NCBI GenBank assembly: GCA_005116885.1 | Contig: SWDP01000024.1 | Span: forward strand, 4,304 to 68,303 | From: Nitrospira sp. | GTDB taxonomy: Bacteria > Nitrospirota > Nitrospiria > Nitrospirales > Nitrospiraceae | Direction of reading: 5' to 3' | Length of the DNA stretch: 64,000 nucleotides | In this document: one piece after another, positions 32,364-40,850 of the stretch | Layout of the letters: the number at the start of each line of letters is the position of its first letter | Position numbering within the stretch: the first letter of the stretch is position 1 | The notes under the pieces: generated by a model | What the model saw: the letters and a program-made list of their open reading frames with translations, nothing else | Database searches by the model: none | What the model was told of the DNA's origin: nothing | Program-made: the position numbers and the translations under genes

Positions 32364-32720
32364 TCAAAGCGAGTTTTCTGAGAAAATAAGACTTCTGTCG
32401 GCCAAGCGTACAAACTGTCTAATTTCATCTGTTGTTCGAGGCGTGATAGAAAAATCATCAGACCACGGATTCATTACTGTCCCATCTTCAACAATAAAAG
32501 GAATAGATAAGTGCTTAAAAGAAGGAAGATATTTTTCAAGAATATCGACATCGACAATCTCTTCCGTGTCTTCCATAAGGAGCCTAGTGGCGCGCCCTAA
32601 GAGAATGACAGTCGTCTGATGATCCCCAGAGCAAAGCCCTAACGCTATGCGAAGCGCCTCAACCGGGCGAGCTGTTAGAGAGGGGTCTTCTGAAATCACC
32701 ACTGCGATACATTTAGACAT
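32364..32720 (-). CDS. DsrF/TusC-like protein
   Basis: 118-aa ORF, MSKCIAVVISEDPSLTARPVEALRIALGL...ADRSLIF. Its length and termini match the DsrE/F family. Confidence 0.65.
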   Translation of the reverse strand: MSKCIAVVISEDPSLTARPVEALRIALGLCSGDHQTTVILLGRATRLLMEDTEEIVDVDILEKYLPSFKHLSIPFIVEDGTVMNPWSDDFSITPRTTDEIRQFVRLADRSLIFSENSL

Positions 32721-32749
32721 ACATCGCTCACCGCAGTGACAAAGCCATC

Positions 32750-33070
32750 TTATGTAAAAGCAAGAAAGCGGTCACAACCATCAATAATTCCAGACAGCAC
32801 CACTAGCCCAGACAAAGACACTCGCGAATCAACCGTAACCGTTTGAACTCCATGTTGCTGGCAGCCATACGCACAAACAGACATCTTGACTCCGGCATCG
32901 ACCAAACGAAGATAGCGTTGATCCGTCACGGTCTTTACCCCTTCATCTATGAGATAGAGATAGACATCAACTCCTTTTCGTAGCGCGGCCTGAGTCAAGT
33001 GAACAACCGTCTCGACACTGGGATGCGAAGGGGGTGTGGATAACAGGAGACCTAACTTTCTATTCGCCAT
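32750..33070 (-). CDS. DsrE/TusD-like sulfurtransferase
   Basis: 106-aa ORF with a DsrE-fold pattern (LGLLLSTPP...VDVYLYLIDEGV...VKMSVCAYGCQQHGV), including the conserved Cys. Confidence 0.65.
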   Translation of the reverse strand: MANRKLGLLLSTPPSHPSVETVVHLTQAALRKGVDVYLYLIDEGVKTVTDQRYLRLVDAGVKMSVCAYGCQQHGVQTVTVDSRVSLSGLVVLSGIIDGCDRFLAFT

Positions 33071-33173
33071 GGTTTTAAAATAAAAGATGCCAATACAATC
33101 AATGTCTTATGAAAAAACACCGTGTGAGGTTACGAGCTTTTCAACACAAAGTCAATATCAAAAAATGAGCGTT

Positions 33174-34442
33174 TTACTGAGAAGGTTTACGGGATTTTAG
33201 GAGTGAGGAGAGACCGGCTAGAGGGAGTTCCTCTTGAGCTTTTGACTCAAGGTTACGAAGAATGACGGAGCCGCGTGCGGCTTCATCGTCACCCAGAAGA
33301 ATGGCGTAACGGCACTGTGATCGGTCGGCTTGGCGGAGGTGAGCTTTCAGCGTGGTGGCACGATAATCACAGAGGGATGAAAGTCCTATTCGACGGAATT
33401 CGTCGAGCAGGACAAGCCCAAGTCTGGTTCCGTTCTCTCCAAAAGCCGCGACATAATAGAGACATTCATTCAGTAAGGACGACGAGGACTCTGGAAGCAT
33501 CAAGGACACACGTTCAAGCCCGACCGCAAATCCCACTGCTGGAACAGAGGGGCCACCAAGCGTTTCCACGAGGCCGTCGTAGCGGCCACCGGCACCTACT
33601 GCGTTTTGAGCTCCTAAGTGAGTCGAGGTAATTTCAAAGCTCGTCAGGCAATAATAATCCAGCCCTCTCACTAAACGAGGATTGAGTCGATAGGGCACAC
33701 CGACAGCTGTGAGACCTGCAAGGACGTGGTCGAAATGTAGACGGGCCTCAGGAGAAAGGTGGTTGGTCAGTTGAGGAGCCTCCTCAGTCGCCGCTCGACA
33801 TTCAGGCACCTTACAATCCAGTACGCGCAAGGGATTCGTCTCCATACGGCGCCGGCAGTTTGCGCAGAGGTGTGATTCCCGCTGCGAGAGAAACGCGAGC
33901 AAGATGGGTTTATACGCAGCGCGGTCGCCCGAGCTTCCCAGGCTATTCATCTCAAGTGTCAGGTCCGGCAGTGCTAAATCAGAGAGCAGACGCCACAGTA
34001 GCGCGATGACTTCGATATCTGCGCGGGGGTCTGATGTGCCGAACGATTCAACCCCGAATTGATGGAACTGCCGGAGTCGCCCCGCCTGCGGCCGCTCATG
34101 GCGAAACATCGGCCCAATGTAGAAGTATTTTTGTGGGAGTGGATTGGCCGCCCGATTGTGCTCAATGAAGGCGCGAACTGTGCCGGCCGTTCCTTCCGGA
34201 CGCAACGTCAGCGAGGTTCCGTCCCGGTCGGGAAACGTATACATCTCCTTCTCAACGATATCTGTCGCCGCACCGATGCTTCGGGCAAAGAGCGCCGTGA
34301 GCTCGAAGATGGGGATACGGATCTCCTGATACCCGTAACAGAGCGACCAGCGCCTTGCCGCGTCCTCAATCAGACGCCATCGAGGTGTCTCCTCAGGAAG
34401 GATATCTTTGACGCCCTTAATGCCCTTGATCATATCCATCAT
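33174..34442 (-). CDS. hisS: histidyl-tRNA synthetase
   Basis: 422-aa ORF with class II motifs (GVKDILPEE, YIGPMFRHERPQAGRLRQFHQ, GGRYDGL). Confidence 0.95.
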   Translation of the reverse strand: MMDMIKGIKGVKDILPEETPRWRLIEDAARRWSLCYGYQEIRIPIFELTALFARSIGAATDIVEKEMYTFPDRDGTSLTLRPEGTAGTVRAFIEHNRAANPLPQKYFYIGPMFRHERPQAGRLRQFHQFGVESFGTSDPRADIEVIALLWRLLSDLALPDLTLEMNSLGSSGDRAAYKPILLAFLSQRESHLCANCRRRMETNPLRVLDCKVPECRAATEEAPQLTNHLSPEARLHFDHVLAGLTAVGVPYRLNPRLVRGLDYYCLTSFEITSTHLGAQNAVGAGGRYDGLVETLGGPSVPAVGFAVGLERVSLMLPESSSSLLNECLYYVAAFGENGTRLGLVLLDEFRRIGLSSLCDYRATTLKAHLRQADRSQCRYAILLGDDEAARGSVILRNLESKAQEELPLAGLSSLLKSRKPSQ

Positions 34443-34456
34443 TCAACGACCGTCTA

Positions 34457-34584
34457 GCAGGATGCTGAAAAAGTCTGCCAGCATCGTTCTCGCCTCGAAA
34501 GCATCCTCAACGTAGCCCAGGGGCTACGCCTCCGGTGCTTCCATCGGCTGCGGCCTTGCTGAACGGCCTTTTTGAGCATCCTGC
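34457..34584 (+). repeat. family-A MITE-like element, copy c
   Basis: It runs GCAGGATGCTGAAAAAG ... CCTTTTTGAGCATCCTGC and is the best-preserved copy. It begins 15 nt upstream of the hisS start codon. Confidence 0.82.
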
Positions 34585-34819
34585 GAGATATTTTCCCGTT
34601 GTCATAAACAGTTTCTCCGTAGACTTCTAGAAAGATTCGGGACTATAGCGGCGGGTTGCAGGCAAGTCAACGCAGGCCAAAGGTCATCCTTCGGTAGACC
34701 GCACGTTCGAAAACTCTATCACTTCACGAGCGATATCTGGTGAAGCGCGCCGCTCCTTCTTGCGCCGACCGGCCCGCGGGCGTATAGTTCGCGGCCTACC
34801 TGCCATGTGAGGACGTTTC

Positions 34820-36307
34820 ATGAGTATCGATCAACCGACTCGCCGGGTCATCGCGCTTGCACCGATGCCGCCCGAGAAATCAGCCTACGCATTGGCCCGC
34901 TACAGCCGCTCGCCTGACTCGATCGAGGATAGCCTCCGTTGGGTACATGGTCATTCCTCTGAAAAGTTCTGGGATCAATTTTATTTCGACTACGGCCATG
35001 CCTCGATTGCCGATCTCGGCCACGTCATCATCTGTTTCGAGGACATCTCAGAACTCGCGGCAATTCGACTCGAAGACGAGCCCTTATGGGATGGCCAGGC
35101 CAAATCGAGCCGGTATCAGAACTTTGCCTCCGGCGGATGGTTCGTGCCGGACTCCATTCGAGGGACTGAAACGGAGGGCACCTACCACGGCATTCTCCGC
35201 AGTCTCGCCGAAATCTATCGGCTCTTACACCAACCCCTCACCCAATTTATTTCTGAACGTGAGCCGAGACCTGAGTCGATGAAACCGGCTGATTACCAAC
35301 GGACGATTGCTGCGCGCGCGTTCGATGTGACGCGGTATCTCCTGCCCCTCGCGGCCAGGACAAACGTCGGGCAAGTCGTCAGCATCAGGACGCTGGAGAA
35401 GCAAATTATCAGACTGTTGTCGTCGCAACTCCCAGAATTACGATCGATCGGAGACGAACTCAAGGATGCCTGCCAACGGTCACCCGTGAATCTATGGGGC
35501 GAACTGTGCGGTCAACCAGGCGGCACGCACGAACCTCTGGCGCCTACGCTCGCGCGCCATGCCAAGTCGAATGATTATCAAGCCTCGGTCTACCAGGATC
35601 TCGCCAGATACGCCAAGGACGCGCTCCGCGGCACCGGCCTGGATCAACCAGCGTCATGGGGTGAGCCGACACCCGTGGATCTCATCGAACCCCACGATCC
35701 GTTGGACGAGCTTGTGACCACCTTGCTGTATCGTGTCTCCCATGCGCCCTATCGGAGCCTCCTCGCGGTCGTCCGCACCTGGACGGAGAAACAGAAGCGG
35801 GAGGCCATCGACGTGGCCATGAGCACACGAGGCCCCTACGACGAACTCATCAAAGAGTTCCGCAGCGGTTACGCATTCTCCTTCGATGTGCTAATGGATA
35901 TTGGAGGCTGGCGTGACATGCATCGCCACCGGCGCTGTCAGCAAATTCAGCAGAACTTTACGACGTTGCATGGATATGAAGTCCCCCCTCCGCTTGTGCA
36001 GGCAGGGCTGGATCAGGAGTATCGGCAGGCGATGGACGCGGTCCGTTTGGACATCGAGGCGCTCAAGAAAACCAGCGCGGAGGGATCGCTCTATGCTACG
36101 CCGTTCGGATTCAAAGTGCGATGCCTCTTTAAGATGGACTATGCCGAGGCCGAGTACATCGCCAGGCTTCGTTCCGGTGTGAAAGGCCACTGGTCGTACA
36201 GGACTATTGCTTGGTTGATGAAGCAAAAACTTGCGGCGCGCTATCCTGCACTCGGAGATCGCATTCAGGCCACCTCACCGGATATTGAAGACACCCTCAC
36301 CAGATAG
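34820..36307 (+). CDS. ThyX (Thy1)-like protein, double-length form
   Basis: 495-aa ORF. ThyX-like blocks are YALARYSRSPDS, GHASIADLGH..., SSRYQNF in the first half and DMHRHRRCQ in the second half. The canonical RHRxxSxxxxSxRY motif is not intact in either half. Confidence 0.65.
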   Translation: MSIDQPTRRVIALAPMPPEKSAYALARYSRSPDSIEDSLRWVHGHSSEKFWDQFYFDYGHASIADLGHVIICFEDISELAAIRLEDEPLWDGQAKSSRYQNFASGGWFVPDSIRGTETEGTYHGILRSLAEIYRLLHQPLTQFISEREPRPESMKPADYQRTIAARAFDVTRYLLPLAARTNVGQVVSIRTLEKQIIRLLSSQLPELRSIGDELKDACQRSPVNLWGELCGQPGGTHEPLAPTLARHAKSNDYQASVYQDLARYAKDALRGTGLDQPASWGEPTPVDLIEPHDPLDELVTTLLYRVSHAPYRSLLAVVRTWTEKQKREAIDVAMSTRGPYDELIKEFRSGYAFSFDVLMDIGGWRDMHRHRRCQQIQQNFTTLHGYEVPPPLVQAGLDQEYRQAMDAVRLDIEALKKTSAEGSLYATPFGFKVRCLFKMDYAEAEYIARLRSGVKGHWSYRTIAWLMKQKLAARYPALGDRIQATSPDIEDTLTR

Positions 36308-36321
36308 TCAGACTGCCCCCG

Positions 36322-37359
36322 ATGACCGACTACCAAGCCCAATGTGAAGCGAGGCTGTTGGAAGGCCAATGGGACCAGGCTCAGCAGGCGGCATTGGCCT
36401 GGGCCCGCAACCCTGCTGCCGGCACAGACCAAGACCCTCGATCCCATTTTGCTCTGAACATCATCTATCTGATCCGGGGAGAGTTTGCCGAAGCCTGGAA
36501 GGCTCACGCGAAGTGCCTCGAAGAATCAGAAGACATTGCCCAGGTCAAAGAGTGGATCGAAGGATTTGTGGCGCGACAGCCTGAACAGGCCAACGCCCAT
36601 CTTGTGATGGGATTATTTCTGGCGCAATCGGGCCAATCAGAACAGTCGATCACAGCCTATAAGGAGTCGATCAGACTCGCGCCACAGTCCGCCCATCCTC
36701 ACTATTTTCTCGCACAGATCCATGAGCGAGCGGACCATCTGGAAATGGCCATCAAGGAATACCGCGAAGCTGTCCGACTCGATCCTTCCCATGTGCCAGG
36801 GCGGACCAATCTGGGCGTGGCCTATCAAGAACAGGGCCGTCTGGAGATGGCGATCCCCCAATATCGCGAGGTGATCAAGCTGAAGCCGCACGATGCGACC
36901 GCCCACGCCAACCTCGCCTGCGCGCTTGCCGAGCAGGGCAAGTTCGAGCCGGCCTTGCAGTCCTACAAGGAGGCGTTGCGCCTGAACCCCAAGGATGCAG
37001 CCGTGCATTTCGCTCTGGGAGATTTTTATGAAACCAGAGGCCGTCTGGACCTGGCACAAAAAGAATATGATGCAGCTCTCGTCGCCGATCCAAACTTCGG
37101 TCCGGCGCATTCAGCTCTCGGCTGGTTAGCACTGGGCAGACAGCACATGCAGGCCGCCTACGAAGCCTTCAATCGAGCCCTCAAGGCGAATGATCAAGAT
37201 CCGCGTGCCTACCACGGCATCGCCGAATACTATTCACAAAAAGGAAAACGCGAGAGCGCACTGGACAATTTCACCAAGGCGCTGAAGTATTACAAAGATC
37301 CAGAAAAGAGAAATATGATACTGAATCAGCTATTCCAGGAAGGTCAAATGGCAGATTAG
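36322..37359 (+). CDS. tetratricopeptide (TPR) repeat protein
   Basis: About 8 tandem 34-residue TPR units (for example AIKEYREAVRLDPSHVPGRTNLGVAYQEQGRLEM). Confidence 0.85.
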   Translation: MTDYQAQCEARLLEGQWDQAQQAALAWARNPAAGTDQDPRSHFALNIIYLIRGEFAEAWKAHAKCLEESEDIAQVKEWIEGFVARQPEQANAHLVMGLFLAQSGQSEQSITAYKESIRLAPQSAHPHYFLAQIHERADHLEMAIKEYREAVRLDPSHVPGRTNLGVAYQEQGRLEMAIPQYREVIKLKPHDATAHANLACALAEQGKFEPALQSYKEALRLNPKDAAVHFALGDFYETRGRLDLAQKEYDAALVADPNFGPAHSALGWLALGRQHMQAAYEAFNRALKANDQDPRAYHGIAEYYSQKGKRESALDNFTKALKYYKDPEKRNMILNQLFQEGQMAD

Positions 37360-37533
37360 CAGGATGCTGAAAAAGACCGCCAGCAGGGGAGGGGTAACCT
37401 GGTTGGTCCCCCGTGCTCGCGCAACGCGCGCCCTCGGAAGGGCCTCGTTGGACGCGCGCAGTTGGGAACCAAGCCAGGCTACCCCTTGAAAGGAGTAATG
37501 AGCGAGCTTGGAAGGACCATTTATAGAAAAAGG
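37359..37533 (+). repeat. family-A-related element, copy d (divergent, expanded core)
   Basis: The left end GCAGGATGCTGAAAAAGACCGCCAGC is intact and shares its first base with the TPR stop codon. The core is replaced by a long hairpin (GGGGTAACCTGGTTGGTCCCC ... GGGAACCAAGCCAGGCTACCCC). The right end is degenerate (AGCTTGGAAGGACCATTTATAGAAAAAGG). Confidence 0.55.
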
Positions 37534-37612
37534 CTCGCGCCATTCTGCCCGTATTCACAGAGCAGGATATGCCGGCCAGTATATTCAGTAGTTAGGCCTA
37601 TCGAGGTGAACG

Positions 37613-38203
37613 ATGCGAGATCTCTGGTATGCCGATAACCGAGACTTGATCAAGTGGGGCGTCTTGCTTCGACTTGCCTGGAGCTTTGAGGCGTCGCACA
37701 TTTTGCAGTTGGCGTTCTACCGTCCTAGCGAGTTCGGCCAACTCGTCATCGATGGTCAGACGCACAACATCCCCGAGGAAGTCATCGCCCACTTTCGTAA
37801 CCTGCGTGCGATCGGCAGTATCAGCTCCAAGATTCGGGTGACCGTCTTTGATCCCGTCTTCAAGGACAGGCCCACTCATCTGCAAGCAGTCCTTGCGTTA
37901 CTGCCAGCATTCGGGCGAGAGCGGTGCATCGTCTTTCTCGATCCCGACACTGGGCTTGAACCACAGAATCCAAGTCTGGATCACGTCCTCAATGACGAGG
38001 CAGGAACAATCTGGACCAACATGAAGAATGGCGACGTATTTGCCTTCTACCAACACAAAACCAATTATGCCGGTCAGCCATGGGTCGAGCCGAAGCGAAG
38101 CCAATTAGCCGAGGCGCTACAGGTTCAATCCAATGCAATCAAGCTGGCTCAGGCTCCCGATATCGCCAATGATGTGATCTTCTACTTCATCCAGAAGGTC
38201 TAA
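37613..38203 (+). CDS. hypothetical protein (196 aa) with an FLDPDTGLEP motif
   Basis: Clean ORF. The N-terminal LWYADNRDLIKWG, central FLDPDTG and later FAFYQH faintly recall the RlmJ-type layout (HAGNHADVLKH ... IDPPYE ... ALWYP), but no SAM-binding glycine loop is visible. It is flanked by family-A repeat copies. Confidence 0.6.
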   Translation: MRDLWYADNRDLIKWGVLLRLAWSFEASHILQLAFYRPSEFGQLVIDGQTHNIPEEVIAHFRNLRAIGSISSKIRVTVFDPVFKDRPTHLQAVLALLPAFGRERCIVFLDPDTGLEPQNPSLDHVLNDEAGTIWTNMKNGDVFAFYQHKTNYAGQPWVEPKRSQLAEALQVQSNAIKLAQAPDIANDVIFYFIQKV

Positions 38204-38288
38204 CGCGCGATTCGAGTGGACGGCGCTGCGCGTGCCACCGCTGAACCGTACTCTTAAGCAGCATCCCATGGTGGGCATCAATCGCATG

Positions 38289-38368
38289 GCGTGACTGCTC
38301 AAAATCCGCCAGCAAGGCTGCAGGGAGTTCGGATGCTGGGGCGTACGGCTTCACTACGGCTAGGTGGA
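38289..38368 (-). repeat. family-A element, partial copy g (reverse orientation)
   Basis: GCGTGACTGCTCAAAATCCGCCAGCAAGGCTGCAG...GGCGTACGG aligns with the reverse complement of the right half of copies a-c (GCAGGATGCTCAAAA..CAGCAAGGC.GCAG). The other half is missing. Confidence 0.55.
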
Positions 38369-38415
38369 CGCGTATGGACCTGCATGGTAGGATTCAGGCC
38401 GTAAGAGGTGTGATT

Positions 38416-38655
38416 ATGGCGACAGCGGCGAAACGACAACTGGCCCTTCCTGCAGCGCTCTCGAAAGAACTGGATCAGCTCGCTCGGCGTGAAGGGAAGA
38501 GTGCCCTCGCGGTCTTGCAGGATCTGGTCTCAGAGAACAAACACAATCGGCTTGGACAGGAATACAGAGCCATCCAAGGCTATTGGAGTAAGAAAGCGAA
38601 AGCCAAAGGCATTCTCACGGCCCGAGATCTCCAGCGGTATCTCGCAAAGTCGTGA
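38416..38655 (+). CDS. ribbon-helix-helix (CopG-like) antitoxin
   Basis: MATAAKRQLALPAALSKELDQLARREGKSALAVLQDLV is an RHH pattern. AGAGGTG lies upstream of the ATG at 38416. Its stop overlaps the PIN gene start (GTGA at 38652). Confidence 0.7.
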   Translation: MATAAKRQLALPAALSKELDQLARREGKSALAVLQDLVSENKHNRLGQEYRAIQGYWSKKAKAKGILTARDLQRYLAKS

Positions 38656-39044
38656 GGGTCGTCTTTGATACAAACATCTACGTCTCGGCGTTCGTCCTAC
38701 CCGGTTCTTCGGCCGATCGAGCGATGCAGCGCATCTTTGACATCCACGATACGTTACTGATCTCCAAACCCATCCTTGATGAACTTCTCACCACCCTTGC
38801 TCGCAAGTTCAGCCGTGATGCTGATGCCTTGAGTCGTACAGCGCTTCTCCTGAGAGAGCTCGCCGAACTTGTACAACCGAAGGAACGCGTGAGCGTATTC
38901 GATGACGATCCGGATAATCGGATTCTCGAGTGCGCGATTGCTGGACAGGCAAAAGCCATTGTAACAGGCGATAAGGCCATGCTGGCCGTTGAAATATCTC
39001 ATGGAGTCCGGCTCCTCTCCTTAAGCACGTACTTGCGCCGATAA
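38652..39044 (+). CDS. PIN-domain toxin (putative TA toxin component, PIN family)
   Basis: MRVVFDTNIYVSAF... (first acidic residue), later PDNRILECAIAGQAKAIVTGDKAM. This is the typical short PIN family architecture. Confidence 0.78.
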   Translation: MRVVFDTNIYVSAFVLPGSSADRAMQRIFDIHDTLLISKPILDELLTTLARKFSRDADALSRTALLLRELAELVQPKERVSVFDDDPDNRILECAIAGQAKAIVTGDKAMLAVEISHGVRLLSLSTYLRR

Positions 39045-39119
39045 GAAATACGACTCGCAACAAGCACCTACGGCTGGCGAGGCACAGTGAGTTCGGATGT
39101 TGGTTGGTCGCAGGTGGCT

Positions 39120-39230
39120 ATGCTTCATCCGTTCATCAAGAAATCCGAGAAGACTCCTCTGAACGAATTGGAGATCGGACGGAAGCGAATGAAAGAGGTG
39201 AAAGATGCGAAACACTCTGAAAGGCTTTAA
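39120..39230 (+). pseudogene. remnant of a HigB/Gp49-type (RelE superfamily) toxin gene; only the C-terminal ~30 codons remain
   Basis: Manual translation gives MLHPFIKKSEKTPLNELEIGRKRMKEVKDAKHSERL. This matches the conserved C-terminus of phage Gp49/HigB-like toxins (..LLHGFIKKTQKTP..EIE.A..R..E). The upstream in-frame sequence is open only back to a stop at 39042 and does not resemble the toxin core. It overlaps the start of the XRE gene, as in intact higBA pairs. Confidence 0.55.
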
Positions 39231-39678
39231 AGTCCGGGCGCTTGCTCGCCCGGACGTGCGCCGCAAATACGAAGTGCTCAGGGAGGAGCTCGAGCGTCTA
39301 GACGAGATACTCAAGGCGAGGACCGAGGCGGGAGTCACTCAGGCTGAGCTGGCGGCTAGGATGGGAATCACGCAATCCGCAGTCGCCCGTTTGGAAACTG
39401 CAATGGGGAAGCACTCCCCATCCATCGGAACTCTGAAGCGGTATGCCGCGGCGCTGGGGTATCGACTCCAACTCCGTTTAGTGAAAGAGGGGGGTTTCAC
39501 TGATGGGCAGAAAACGTACAGTGTGCCAGTCGATGCCAACGCTTTGCTAGAGAGGGCTCGAGCCATCCGATGTATACCTAGAGGCATTCGAGTGACTGAC
39601 CGACGACTCAATTCGCTCAAAGGGAGACTCAAGGGTATGTCAAAGAGGAAGGTGCGAGAGAAGCAAAATGGTGGGTAA
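39205..39678 (+). CDS. XRE-family helix-turn-helix protein (HigA-like antitoxin)
   Basis: HTH segment VTQAELAARMGITQSAVARLE. It sits directly after the toxin remnant. It has an unusual ~70-aa basic C-terminal extension. Confidence 0.72.
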   Translation: MRNTLKGFKVRALARPDVRRKYEVLREELERLDEILKARTEAGVTQAELAARMGITQSAVARLETAMGKHSPSIGTLKRYAAALGYRLQLRLVKEGGFTDGQKTYSVPVDANALLERARAIRCIPRGIRVTDRRLNSLKGRLKGMSKRKVREKQNGG

Positions 39679-39756
39679 AATCAAACGTTAAGTGGATGTG
39701 AAGATCTGAACTTTCAGTTGACAGTACCAGCTATTCCCCCTCACATCTCGACAAGC

Positions 39757-40653
39757 TTATCTATCCGTGGTTTTGGCCCCGGTTTGTTCACGGCGTGGGC
39801 TGATCCCGATTACGGCCGGGAGTCCGATGTGAGTGGTGAGGCCCCCTTCTAGCAGGGGAATCCAGCTGTGTACACCGGCCATCTTCGACGTGGCTTCCCG
39901 GAGTGAAGGACTGACGGCGACATCGGAAGAGGATCCTCCATCCATAGCCATGACTTGGCGTAGGGAGGGATAGGCATCCCGCAGACATTCCCCGAGGGCG
40001 TAGAGTGACGCCGCTTCCGTGGTCTTGAGGACAAGGAGGTGCCCGTCGCCTTGTTCTGCGACGAGGGTTTGATGTGCGCGCTTCCCGGTTTGGCGCACAC
40101 GGACTTTGCCGGTTCGGTCGAGGAGCATGAGCGATTGCGCGACTTCTCGATAGGGAACGTGCTGCTCGTCAAAGGTGTCATAGGTCAGGTCCAACACCCT
40201 CGCGCGTCGCGATGAATGATCCGCCGCCGGCTCTGCCGCAAACAGTCCCAACCAGGTCGTGTGACGCTTGCTTCCCAGCGAGCGTCCGTTTCCATAGAGC
40301 AGCCCGAGGTACGCATAATTCTCACGGAAGAGCCCGGCATTGAAGACCAGATCGTGGCCGGTTTGTTCTTGCCATTCTCGAATATCTGGCGGTTCCGAGA
40401 GGCCGTGTTGCTGATACTGATGCACAGTGAAACGATAGCGGTCGGGATCGATCTCGACCGCGACTAATGGCGCGACATCGGGGCACTGTGTGTGGGGATC
40501 CCAGACGGAAATGGATAAACCCTTACCGAGATAATCCCCTGCGAGGGTCTGACCCGTCGTCGTCGGGGGTCCGCTGAGCATGACGAAGATAATACCCAGT
40601 AGAGGTAGGGCGATAGAAAGGAGAGACCGGTAGAAGCTGTTGTCTTGTACCAT
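39757..40653 (-). CDS. phosphodiester glycosidase family protein (DUF2233)
   Basis: It has an N-terminal TM anchor, plus VFNAGLF...YAYLGLL and a C-terminal MAMDGGSSS block typical of DUF2233. Confidence 0.65.
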   Translation of the reverse strand: MVQDNSFYRSLLSIALPLLGIIFVMLSGPPTTTGQTLAGDYLGKGLSISVWDPHTQCPDVAPLVAVEIDPDRYRFTVHQYQQHGLSEPPDIREWQEQTGHDLVFNAGLFRENYAYLGLLYGNGRSLGSKRHTTWLGLFAAEPAADHSSRRARVLDLTYDTFDEQHVPYREVAQSLMLLDRTGKVRVRQTGKRAHQTLVAEQGDGHLLVLKTTEAASLYALGECLRDAYPSLRQVMAMDGGSSSDVAVSPSLREATSKMAGVHSWIPLLEGGLTTHIGLPAVIGISPRREQTGAKTTDR

Positions 40654-40850
40654 AGTATCTCAGGGCCGAGTATAGAGGGAGCCTATCGGTAGCGTCAAAT
40701 CAGCCGAAGAGGTAAAGCCTCGACTACGAGGGCGTCTTGCGTGGCACGCGTGCGGGGTAAAAGGCAGGTACACAGCGACAATAAATGATCCGGGCCCTTG
40801 CTGCTACTTCCTGTCTGGACGGAACACATCGGTCCTCAACAGCGCCTTCG

